In this document: one piece after another, positions 8,258 to 16,170 of the stretch
Layout of the letters: each line of letters begins with the position of its first letter
How positions within the stretch are numbered: position 1 is the first letter of the stretch
Assembly: GCF_008065095.1 (NCBI RefSeq)
Contig: NZ_CP042911.1
Coordinates: 6,870,001 to 6,902,000, forward strand
DNA: 32,000 nt
Direction: 5' to 3'
Source: Gemmata obscuriglobus
GTDB lineage: Bacteria > Planctomycetota > Planctomycetia > Gemmatales > Gemmataceae
Notes under the pieces: model-generated
The model's input: only the letters and a program-made list of their open reading frames with translations
Database searches by the model: none
What the model was told of the DNA's origin: nothing
Made by a program: the position numbers and the translations under genes

Positions 8258-10183
8258 TCAGCGCTTTGGGAGGTCGGGGATCGAGCAGCCGACGGCTTCG
8301 GTGCGGGCGTTCAGCACCGGCTTTCCGTCGAGAACCGCGGTCAGCGCGTCACGCAGGTCGTGCGTTTTCGGGGCCGGGCGTTTCTTACCAAGGCCGGCAT
8401 AGAGATCGTTGATGCGCCCGCGGTACGCGACCGTCCCGTCGGGCAGCAGCACCACCGCTTCGGGCGTCCGGGTCGCCCCCGTCGCAGCAACCAGTTCGTG
8501 CTTCGTGTCGATGAGCACCGGCACCGTGAGACCGAACTCCTTTGCGTGCCGACGCGCGTCCTCGACGGTCAGTCCCGCATCAACCTGGACCGCATAAAAC
8601 TGCACACCGCGGGCGGCAAAGTCCTTCGCGATGGCCGCGATCTCGGGCGAGTAGCCGTTCGCGATCGGGCAGTCCGTCGTGGTAAAGAGGAACACATTAG
8701 CTTTAGCGTCACCGACAGTAAGGGGCGTGTGTGACTTGCCATCAATGTCGCGGAGGCTCAGCGGCGGCTTCACGGGCGCGGCGTCCTTCTTGGGCGCGCC
8801 GAGTCCGCGCCCGAGAACCGCGGGATCGATGCCGACGCGCTTCAGCTCGCCCTCAATGTCCATCCCGCCAAGCTTGGCCTTGAGCACCGTCTGGCGGGTG
8901 TGCGCGAGGAGCGCGTTGCGGAGCGTGCCCGTCTCGTCCTCGTTGGCCGCGAGCGTGCGGAACGTGATCGCCCCCATCTCGTCGTAGGACGCCTCGCCCC
9001 ACCGCACCCGCACCGGCGGGGTGCTCGGGTTCCGCGGGTTGTTGGCCGAGTTGTCCCAGGTGAGTTCCGCGGTAACCACGGTGCCCTTCGGCAACCGCAC
9101 GTAGTCCTTGTAGAAGTAGGTGCCCTGCCAGTTGAAGTCCCAATCGCGGATGGAGTACAGGCTCTTCGTCTCGCCGTTCGGGAGCTTGGCGGTGGCCTTC
9201 ATCGTCTTGCCGATGTAGTGGGCGTGGCTACCCACCCCGACCAAGTCCACGTCCACCGGCAGCGTGAACGAGTCCGTGACCTTGAAATCCGCCTTCCCAG
9301 CAGGAATGTCGATCCCCGAGAACAGCCCGAACACCGGCGGCAGTTGGAGCCCCACGAGGGTCCGTTGGGGAGCCTTAGAGGCGAAGTACAGCCCGACCTC
9401 GATCACCTCCTCCTCCTTCTTGCCGGAGAGGTGGAAGTGCGTTTGCAGCACGAGGTCCGAGCCCTTCTTAAGCGGCAGCGCGAGCCCGTCCGGGAGGTGC
9501 GCCGGGATGCCGCCGACGGCCCACCCGCCGAGCGAACCGGTGGGGCGGAACGTCATCCCCGGGAACCCGGGCTGACCGGTCTTCGGTGCGAGCTGCTGCG
9601 CCCGCCCGCTGTCGTCGGTGAAGTAAAGGATGTGGTGCAGTACGACCGGCGCGGTGGCCCGAAACTCGACCGCGGTGACCCACTTGTCTTCCGAGAGGTC
9701 GAGCGGCAGTACGAAGTTCTGGTAGATGTCCGCCCCCTCGGCGGGCACGACGAACGGCCGGTCCATCTTCACCACGAGGTCGGGCTTGCCGAGCTGCCAG
9801 CCCTCGGGAAACTTGGGCAGCGCGGGGGTCTTACTCGGGTCACCCTCGGGCGCGCCGTCATTGACCCAGTTCGCAAACAATTTGATCTGGTCGTCGGACA
9901 GCCGGCGCGCGTCGCGGAACTCGCCGTGCCCCTTTTCGGGCTGCCACGGCGGCATGTACCGGTCTTCCATCGTCCGGAGCATGGTCTTCGCGTGCTTCTG
10001 CGTGTCTTTGTAGTTGAGCAGCGAGAAGGGCGCGACCTGTCCGGGGCGGTGGCAGCCCGTGCAGTTCTGGAACACGAGCGGGGCGATGTGTTCGCTGAAC
10101 GTGGGCTTCGCGGGCACGTCGGCCGCGGGCGCCACGAGCGGCGCAAGCGCGAGCACGACCGGAACGAGTAACCACTTCCGCAT
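8258..10183 (-). CDS. Exported tri-domain redox protein: c-type haem-binding module, PHM/DBH-like copper monooxygenase-like domain, PRX_like1 thioredoxin-fold domain
   Basis: 641-aa ORF.
- Signal peptide MRKWLLVPVVLALAPLVAPAAD.
- Haem motif FQNCTGCHRPGQVAPFSL.
- His/Met pattern in PHM order: LHHILYF, QTHFHL, GSHAHYIGK, YDEMG.
- C-terminal redoxin-like FLFTTTDCPIANGYSPE ... RTPEAVVLLPDGTVAYRGRINDLY ... AVGCSIP. Confidence 0.85.
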   Translation of the reverse strand: MRKWLLVPVVLALAPLVAPAADVPAKPTFSEHIAPLVFQNCTGCHRPGQVAPFSLLNYKDTQKHAKTMLRTMEDRYMPPWQPEKGHGEFRDARRLSDDQIKLFANWVNDGAPEGDPSKTPALPKFPEGWQLGKPDLVVKMDRPFVVPAEGADIYQNFVLPLDLSEDKWVTAVEFRATAPVVLHHILYFTDDSGRAQQLAPKTGQPGFPGMTFRPTGSLGGWAVGGIPAHLPDGLALPLKKGSDLVLQTHFHLSGKKEEEVIEVGLYFASKAPQRTLVGLQLPPVFGLFSGIDIPAGKADFKVTDSFTLPVDVDLVGVGSHAHYIGKTMKATAKLPNGETKSLYSIRDWDFNWQGTYFYKDYVRLPKGTVVTAELTWDNSANNPRNPSTPPVRVRWGEASYDEMGAITFRTLAANEDETGTLRNALLAHTRQTVLKAKLGGMDIEGELKRVGIDPAVLGRGLGAPKKDAAPVKPPLSLRDIDGKSHTPLTVGDAKANVFLFTTTDCPIANGYSPEIAAIAKDFAARGVQFYAVQVDAGLTVEDARRHAKEFGLTVPVLIDTKHELVAATGATRTPEAVVLLPDGTVAYRGRINDLYAGLGKKRPAPKTHDLRDALTAVLDGKPVLNARTEAVGCSIPDLPKR

Positions 10184-10320
10184 CGGAATCTCCGAGAAGG
10201 TCAGGCGCAGGAGCGCCGCACGCTATTCTAACCCGCCGGGCGAGGGGCCGTTACATTACGCGGCGCAACAGGTCACCACCGTAAGTTTCATCTTGGTGAA
10301 ATGGGGCATATGCTATTCCG

Positions 10321-10787
10321 GTGCTCCGCCGTCGCAATTGGCGCATCGGGCATTGGGAGTTGCTTCGATGCATCCCAAATGCCTGTTGGGTGCGTTCGCC
10401 GCCGTTCCCGATCCACGAGAACAACAAGGGCCGGTCCTTTCTTTTTGCTCCCATCCTCGCTCTGCTGGTCGTCGGCATTCTCTTTGGGGCGACGTTCGCC
10501 CGTGTTGTCGTCCAACTCGCCGACGATTACGGTAGCGACTTCGCCTTGCTCCTGGAGTTCCCGCGACATGGCAGATCAAAAATCGCCTATACAACTTTCT
10601 TAACATGACGTGGGGCGTGGATGCGTGCCAGGGGCGCCGCGGTTCCCCACCGCAGGCGTTCGCCGCGCTACGCAACGTGGGCACTCATCTGCTCGCACAC
10701 GTCGAAGCCGACAACCACGCGCGAGCCACACGATGTTTGCCCCCTCGATTACACGAGGCGATCAACCTCCTCGCTTCACCGCTGTGA
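10321..10787 (+). pseudogene. Degenerate C-terminal remnant of an ISAs1-family-like DDE transposase (frameshifted, N-terminus missing)
   Basis: Frame at 10605-10787 reads TWGVDACQGRRGSPPQAFAALRNVGTHLL...AINLL. This matches the ISAs1/H-repeat C-terminal pattern DV.. .ED.C.IRRG.A..F..(L/I)R......LL. The preceding frame (10321-10608) ends LLLEFPRHGRSKIA where R.HWG.EN is expected. There is a stop plus a frame change at about 10606. Confidence 0.45.
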
Positions 10788-10968
10788 AACTTTGAATAGC
10801 GCTGGTGGGAAATCGGGCCGCCGTTTTTGTTCGGCTTGCTGCAGACCCCTGGCGCGGTAGAATCACCTTTGAGTCAGCCGTCCTTGAAAACGGTTATCGT
10901 GTACGCGAACTCGGACGTTGCAATTACCCGCGAGCGGCTGTTATAAAATCGGGTACCAAACGCGAGAG

Positions 10969-10996
10969 TTGACAAGACAGCCGTGGGATGTAGGCT
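10969..10996 (+). promoter_or_regulatory. Putative sigma70-type promoter of tRNA-Arg
   Basis: TTGACA (10969-10974), 16-nt spacer, TAGGCT (10991-10996), about 20 nt upstream of the mature tRNA 5' end. Preceded by an AT-rich TTATAAAATC stretch. Confidence 0.35.
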
Positions 10997-11015
10997 AAAG
11001 TAAGAGAAGTGATTT

Positions 11016-11089
11016 GCATCCGTAGCTCAACTGGATAGAGCATCGGTCTTCGGAACCGAGGGTTAGAGGTTCAAATCCTCTCGGGTGTA
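11016..11089 (+). tRNA. tRNA-Arg (anticodon TCG)
   Basis: Hand-folded cloverleaf.
- Acceptor GCATCCG/CGGGTGT (two G-T wobbles).
- D stem GCTC/GAGC.
- Anticodon stem TCGGT/ACCGA with loop CTTCGGA (anticodon TCG).
- T arm AGAGG-TTCAAAT-CCTCT.
- Discriminator A; CCA is not encoded. Confidence 0.9.
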
Positions 11090-11165
11090 CTGACAGATAC
11101 CTATCGCTGGTAAGCCCTTGCGGTCTGCCCCTCTGGGTCGGAGTGCGGCGTATCCTTCCGAGTCA

Positions 11166-11185
11166 TTCAGGTAGAACTACCTGAA
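11166..11185. repeat. Near-perfect palindrome downstream of tRNA-Arg
   Basis: TTCAGGTAG-AA-CTACCTGAA (9-bp arms, 2-nt spacer), 77 nt after the tRNA. Could be a processing/terminator hairpin or a protein-binding site. Confidence 0.5.
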
Positions 11186-11497
11186 CCCGGCACGGATGCC
11201 AATCATCGTGCCCACCAAGAAACTAATTCCGGATCTCAATTTCTTTGCATCCACTGGCTATGAACGCGTCACTCCGTACAGCGGCGATCGGGCCAAAGGC
11301 GCATGCTCCGGCTGGTCCGCCTACTAGAATTTCGTGAGCGGAAGAATACGCACCGAGAGCCCGCGCATGACCGTGTGCCTGAAGCAAATCGTAAGCAAAA
11401 CCGCGGTGTCGATCGACACGGCCGGACACAAGGTGCGAGTCAGCCAGAGGCGTTGATGCCCACCGGTTGAGTGGTGTGTGGGCCGCTCGAACGTGAC

Positions 11498-12970
11498 TGG
11501 CGCCCGCGCGGGTTGGGTGTTGCGCCCCCGGGTGCCGCAACGAGCGGTGCGTGGTATCGGCGGCGCCCGCCCTGGCCGATCAGTTGAGCGAGTACGCCGC
11601 ATCCCACCTCGGGCGAGGGGACGGCGGCCGGCATTCGGCCGGGGTGGCCGCCCTGCGCCTCGTGACCGTTTCGGCCAAGCGGTCGGTGACCGTGGCCATG
11701 ATTTGGCCAGCATCAGCAGGGCGTCGCCGGTGAGCGACACGCCCTCCCGTACAGTTCACGTGTACTGGCCCGTTCGGGTCGGCACGGAGGGCGCGGGAGA
11801 GGACGGCCTGTAGCTCGGGCGCCTCCACACGCCCGCTGAGCACGAGCACGGCCCGAGTAGGTTCCGACATGCAAGCGCGCTCCGATGTGTCGGGAGCAAA
11901 AGACAGCGGCACCGAACTCTGGCCCCGCTTGCGTTCAGAACGCACTGAACCCGTCCCCGCCCCCGTTCCCGTTGGTGCTCCGCTTGAGCGCCTTGGCCAC
12001 CGCCGGCCGCGGCTTCGGCCCCGCCGCCCGCACCGCCGGAGCCGCGTTCCCGTGCCGCAGCTTGAACCGGCTGACGAGGTCGCGGAGCTGCCCGGCCTGG
12101 TCGGTCAGCGCCTGCGCGGTGGCGCTCATCTCCTCCGTCTGCGACGCGTTCCGCTGAGTCACGCTGTCCATCTGGCTGACCGCCTTGTTCACCTGCTCGA
12201 TGCCGCTCGACTGCTCCTTGCTGGCCGCTGCCATCTCGGTGACGATGTCGGTGACCCGCTTCACGCTGGTCACGATCTCGGCGAGGGTGTCGCCCGACTT
12301 GTTGACGAGTTCGGTGCCCGCCTCCACCTTCTTCACGCTGTCGTTGATCAGCCCCTTGATCTCCTTCGCCGCCGTCGCGCTCCGCTGGGCCAGGTTCCGC
12401 ACCTCGGTGGCGACGACGGCGAACCCGCGCCCCTGCTCACCCGCACGGGCCGCCTCCACCGCCGCGTTCAGGGCGAGCAGGTTGGTCTGGAATGCGATCT
12501 CGTCGATGGTGGTGATGATGTCGGCGATCTTCTTGCTGGACGCGTTGATCTCGCTCATGGCCTCGACGGCGCCGCTCACCACGGCGCCGCCCCGCTCGGC
12601 CACCTCCTTGGACCCGCTGGCCAACTGCCGGGCCTGCTGGGCGTTGTCCGCGCTCTGCTTCACTGTGGCGGTGATCTCCTGCAGCGAACTGGCCGTCTCC
12701 TCCAGGCTGCTGGCCTGCTCCTGGGCTCCGGACGAGATCTCCTCGCTGGCACTGGACAACTGGCTGCTCGCGTCGGCCAACTGCTCGGCCACCTCGCGCA
12801 CCCCCTCCAGCGCGGCCCGCATGCTGCGCACCGCCTGGTTCAGCTCGGCCGACATTTGGCCCACATCGTCGCTACCCAGGTCCGGGATCGAGACCGTGAA
12901 ATCGCCCGCCGCTAGCGCCGTCACACAGGTCCGGATTTCGCCCACCTTGCGCTGCAGTTCGATCGACTCG
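11498..12970 (-). repeat. Segmental repeat copy 1 (downstream tail + STAS-like gene + 3' half of MCP gene)
   Basis: Collinear with 15645-17245. The core 12242-12790 differs from 16521-17068 at only about ten positions by eye. Confidence 0.85.
11580..11870 (-). pseudogene. Internally deleted STAS-like (anti-sigma-factor-antagonist-like) paralogue
   Basis: Same N- and C-termini as the 15747-16106 gene (MSEPTRAV.VLSGRVE... / ...GQIMATVTDRLAETVTRRRAAT...WDAAYSLN). Relative to it, this copy lacks 61 bp (junction 11708/11709, GCC microhomology) and has +1 nt near 11740-11750. About 10 codons are therefore out of frame and 20 codons are lost, including the SLTGEALLVL core. Confidence 0.55.
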
Positions 12971-14241
12971 CTTCGCGCGCACTCTTCCATCGACTTCTCG
13001 GCGGTCACATCGGAGGCGAACTCCACCACCTTGTACGGCTTGCCTGTGACGGAATCGAGGATCGGGTTGTACGCCGCCCGGAGCCACACCTCCTTGCCCC
13101 CCTTGCGAACCCGCTTGAAGTCGTTGCTGACGAACTCCCCACGGCCCAGCTTCGCCCAGAACTCCCGGTACTCGGGGGCCGTCGCGTGGCTCGGGGCGAC
13201 GAACATTCGGTGGTGCTGCCCGCGGATCTCGTCCAGCCGGTAGCCCATCGTACTCAGGAAGTTCTCGTTGGCCGTCAGGACCGTGCCGTCGAGGCCGAAC
13301 TCGATCACCGCCTGCACCCGACTGACCGCGAGCAGTTGCCCCACGTAGTCGTCGTTCCGCTCCCGCTGCTTGCCAATCTGGGGCCAGTCCACGCGGGTCT
13401 GCCCCAGGGCCGTGCGGATGCCCCCGACGGTGGCGTTCACGGCCGCTCCCAGCCTCCCCACCTCGTCGCCCGACGCCACCTCTACCGCGACGCCCAAGTC
13501 CCCGCGTGCGACCGACTCGAGCGTCTCGACCGTGCGGCCGAGCGGTCCGGTGATCATGCGCGCCAGCCCCAGCCCGATGAGCATGCTCAGCGCCGCCGCG
13601 CCCACGGTGCCCCCGACCAGTGTGCTCTGGGCCGCTTGGGCGCTGTCGTTGCCCGTGCTGTTGACGTCGCTGGCCACCTCGGTCACCGTCTTGACCAGTT
13701 CGTCGATGCTCGCTGTGACCGCGTCGAATTTTAGCCCGGCTTGCTGCACCCTCCGGTCCACCTCGCGGCGGCACTCGGCACGCTCGGCGTCGGTGCCCGC
13801 CCGGACAAGCGCACGAGTCGCATGGATCGTTTCCTCGGCGGCTGCGAAGTACTCGCGTACGGCGGCGCGCACCTTCTCCAAGTCCTTCCGCTCATCCCGC
13901 CCGCTCCGGGACACGCGCAACACGGTTGCGGCGTAGGCGTCGAGGCCGCTCGTGACCGCCTCGCGGATCGAGGGCTGGGGCGCAAGCGCCTGGTTCAGTC
14001 GGGCCTCGTCCCTCGCGCCGGTGGCGGCGACCACGTTGTTGCGAAAGCGAGCCAGGTTGACCGCCGATTTGGCCAGGTCGGTGCCGGCGACCGTGTAGTC
14101 CGCGTACAGCACGCGCATCCCCTCGCGGGAACTCGCGAGGCCGCGGTACGCGATCCCGCCGCTGGCCGCGACGAGTACGCAGACGATGGCGAACCCCAAT
14201 AGCAATTTGGTCATTAAGGTGCGGTTGCGAAACCAGCTCAT
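11935..14241 (-). CDS. Methyl-accepting chemotaxis protein MCP1 (helical periplasmic sensor, HAMP, PAS, signalling domain)
   Basis: Start taken at [17 protein letters not shown] (ATG 14241; the ORF is open to 14322). Second [27 protein letters not shown]-like [35 protein letters not shown], and the canonical hairpin tip [40 protein letters not shown]. Confidence 0.9.
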   Translation of the reverse strand: MSWFRNRTLMTKLLLGFAIVCVLVAASGGIAYRGLASSREGMRVLYADYTVAGTDLAKSAVNLARFRNNVVAATGARDEARLNQALAPQPSIREAVTSGLDAYAATVLRVSRSGRDERKDLEKVRAAVREYFAAAEETIHATRALVRAGTDAERAECRREVDRRVQQAGLKFDAVTASIDELVKTVTEVASDVNSTGNDSAQAAQSTLVGGTVGAAALSMLIGLGLARMITGPLGRTVETLESVARGDLGVAVEVASGDEVGRLGAAVNATVGGIRTALGQTRVDWPQIGKQRERNDDYVGQLLAVSRVQAVIEFGLDGTVLTANENFLSTMGYRLDEIRGQHHRMFVAPSHATAPEYREFWAKLGRGEFVSNDFKRVRKGGKEVWLRAAYNPILDSVTGKPYKVVEFASDVTAEKSMEECARSESIELQRKVGEIRTCVTALAAGDFTVSIPDLGSDDVGQMSAELNQAVRSMRAALEGVREVAEQLADASSQLSSASEEISSGAQEQASSLEETASSLQEITATVKQSADNAQQARQLASGSKEVAERGGAVVSGAVEAMSEINASSKKIADIITTIDEIAFQTNLLALNAAVEAARAGEQGRGFAVVATEVRNLAQRSATAAKEIKGLINDSVKKVEAGTELVNKSGDTLAEIVTSVKRVTDIVTEMAAASKEQSSGIEQVNKAVSQMDSVTQRNASQTEEMSATAQALTDQAGQLRDLVSRFKLRHGNAAPAVRAAGPKPRPAVAKALKRSTNGNGGGDGFSAF

Positions 14242-14487
14242 CGGAGTAGAACCTCGAGCGGAGACGTGGGAGAGATCAGGCTTGACGAGTTGCAAACGTG
14301 ATGTGGGGCTCGTTGCCGGCAATGGCCACGGGGAGGCCCCTATCGACCTTATCGAACCATCAGCCCATAAGTTTGCCCGTCACCTGACCTGAACGTCCTC
14401 CATTACCCATCGGGACACAGAGGGGGTATCCGGACGCGGAACGGTGTCGTGGATCGGCTGCGGATCAGAATTGCTACGAGATGTGAA

Positions 14488-15555
14488 TAGGACTTACGCA
14501 GTTGCGCTGGCGCAGGATTTGCGCATGGTGTGTTGTTGGTCTATGATCGGGCCATGAACGCACCACGTGCGAGCGCCGAGGACTACATCCAATTCCTGAT
14601 CGCCACCCCCAAGGTGGCGTCGGCCGCGGAAGCCGCGCGAGCCCAACCGGACCATCCGACGGCGCCCGCGCATGATGCGTTCACCCGACTGCTGCACCGG
14701 CTGGAACCGGACCCAGCGGCGTTGTGGGACGAAGCCCGGTCGTCGGTCCGCCCGGGCGGTGCCGTGGTGCTCGACGACTCGGTGCTGGACAAGCCGTTCG
14801 CCCGGCACATGGGGCTGGTGCGCCGGTGCTGGTCCGGGCGGCACCGCCGGGTGGTGAGCGGGATCGGGCTGGTGACCCTGCTGTGGACCGACGGGGCCGC
14901 CCTGGTACCGTGTGATTACCGGCTCGCCGACCCGGCCCGAGCCGAGACCAAGAACGACCACTTCCGAGCCATGCTGGCGGTCGCCAAGGGACGGGACCTG
15001 TCGCCCCGGGTGGTACTGTTCGACACCTGGTACTCGGGCAAGGACAACCTGAAGGCGGTGCGGGCCCTGGGGTGGCACTTCCTGACCCGGGTGCGGAGCA
15101 ACCGGCGGGTGAACCCGGATCGCACGGGCAATCGGGCCATCGAGGGGTGCCCGATCGGGGCCGCCGGTACGGTGGTGCACCTGGAGGGGTTCGGATTGGT
15201 GAAGGCGTTCCGGATCGCCACCGGTGATGGGGGCACGGAGCATTGGATCACCAACGACCTCGACATGGACGAGGCCACTCGTGCGGTTCTGGCCGGGCAC
15301 GCGTGGGGCATCGAGGAGTATCACCGGGGCCTCAAGCAGCATTGCCACGTGGACCGGTGCCAGGTGCGCATGAGCCGGGCCCAAGCGGTCCACATCGGGC
15401 TCGCGATCCGCGCGTTCCTGCGGCTCGAGTGGCACCGGCTCAAGTCCGGCGTCAGTTGGTTCGCGGCCAAGACGGCCATCGTGCGCGAAGCGGTGCGAAC
15501 CTACCTCGCCGCACCTACATACCTACTTACCCAAAAGTCAACTACGTAAGTCCTA
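14488..15555 (+). mobile_element. Intact 1068-bp insertion sequence (IS4/IS701-superfamily-like) with target-site duplication
   Basis: Terminal inverted repeats TAGGACTTACG(C/T)AGTTG at 14488-14504 and 15539-15555 (16/17 match). Flanked by a direct 5-bp GTGAA (14483-14487 and 15556-15560). Contains a single transposase ORF. Confidence 0.8.
14554..15549 (+). CDS. DDE transposase (IS4/IS701-like)
   Basis: Candidate catalytic motifs VVLDDSVLDKP, VVLFDTWYSG and WGIEEYHRGLKQ. The N-terminus YIQFLIATPKVASAAEA...AHDAFTRLL is typical of this transposase group. ATG at 14554; an upstream GTG at 14530 is also possible. Confidence 0.8.
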   Translation: MNAPRASAEDYIQFLIATPKVASAAEAARAQPDHPTAPAHDAFTRLLHRLEPDPAALWDEARSSVRPGGAVVLDDSVLDKPFARHMGLVRRCWSGRHRRVVSGIGLVTLLWTDGAALVPCDYRLADPARAETKNDHFRAMLAVAKGRDLSPRVVLFDTWYSGKDNLKAVRALGWHFLTRVRSNRRVNPDRTGNRAIEGCPIGAAGTVVHLEGFGLVKAFRIATGDGGTEHWITNDLDMDEATRAVLAGHAWGIEEYHRGLKQHCHVDRCQVRMSRAQAVHIGLAIRAFLRLEWHRLKSGVSWFAAKTAIVREAVRTYLAAPTYLLTQKSTT

Positions 15556-15746
15556 GTGAATTGTGCCGGTTGACGATGACGCTTAGCGCGAGCCGGCTGG
15601 AGGTTGCGGCGCGCCCTTTTTACCTGATCTGTGACTTGGCCGGACGTGACAGGTGGTCGATACCACGCCGGCGCCCCGGGTCGGGGTGCTGCGCCTCGGG
15701 GCCGCAACGAGCGGTGCGTGGTATCGGCGGCGCCCGCCCTGGCCGA

Positions 15747-16106
15747 TCAGTTGAGCGAGTACGCCGCATCCCACCGCGGGCGAGGGGACGGCGGCCGGCA
15801 TTCGGTCGGGGTGGCCGCCCTGCGCCTCGTGACCGTTTCGGCCAAGCGGTCGGTGACCGTGGCCATGATTTGGCCGGGGAAATCGACCAGGCGCAGCGCG
15901 ACCCCGGCGGCATCACACTGCCAGCACGCCCACGCCAGCACCAGCAGGGCCTCACCGGTGAGCGATACGACGCCGCCGCAGTTCACGTATACCGGCACGT
16001 GCGGGTCGACGCAGAGGGTGCGGAGGGCGCGGGAGAGGACGGCCCGCAGTTCGTGCACCTCCACCCGCCCGCTGAGCACGAACACGGCCCGAGTGGGTTC
16101 TGACAT
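15747..16106 (-). CDS. STAS-domain-like small protein (anti-sigma-factor-antagonist-like), 119 aa
   Basis: High third-position GC. Starts 64 nt downstream of the MCP2 stop. SpoIIAA-like layout: VFVLSGRVEVHELRAVLSRAL ... VYVNCGGVVSLTGEALLVLAWACWQCDAAGVALRLVDFPGQIMATVTDRL. Assignment is by pattern only. Confidence 0.6.
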   Translation of the reverse strand: MSEPTRAVFVLSGRVEVHELRAVLSRALRTLCVDPHVPVYVNCGGVVSLTGEALLVLAWACWQCDAAGVALRLVDFPGQIMATVTDRLAETVTRRRAATPTECRPPSPRPRWDAAYSLN

Positions 16107-16141
16107 GTGAGCACGCCCTGATTGGTGGGTGACAAGGGACC

Positions 16142-16164
16142 GCGGCGCCGAACTCCGGCGCCGC
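16142..16164 (-). other. GC-rich hairpin between MCP2 stop and STAS start (possible attenuator)
   Basis: 9-bp stem GCGGCGCCG / CGGCGCCGC with a 5-nt loop. The equivalent position in copy 1 (about 11905-11930) is degenerate. Confidence 0.35.
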
Positions 16165-16170
16165 TCGCGT

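Noticed and set aside
10321-10608. Reading 10321-10608 as a genuine small membrane protein (hydrophobic FLFAPILALLVVGILFGATFA segment, fairly high GC3).
   Set aside because: Its C-terminus (LLLEFPRHGRSKIA) continues, after a stop and frame change, into a clear ISAs1-like transposase tail. A decayed transposase frame is therefore the better explanation. Residual uncertainty is acknowledged.
11223-11540. 105-aa minus-strand ORF downstream of tRNA-Arg, and the overlapping 11324-11740 ORF.
   Set aside because: Third-position GC is only about 45% in the unique part, far below credible genes here. There is no motif. Its upstream part merely runs into the repeated STAS-downstream tail.
14242-15650. 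A third copy of the AT-rich upstream element in front of MCP1, once the IS is conceptually removed (…GTGTCGTGGAT…GAGATGTGAATTGTGCC…).
   Set aside because: Only two short, differently spaced matches (GT.TCGTG, GA.ATGTG) were found. That is not enough to claim homology.
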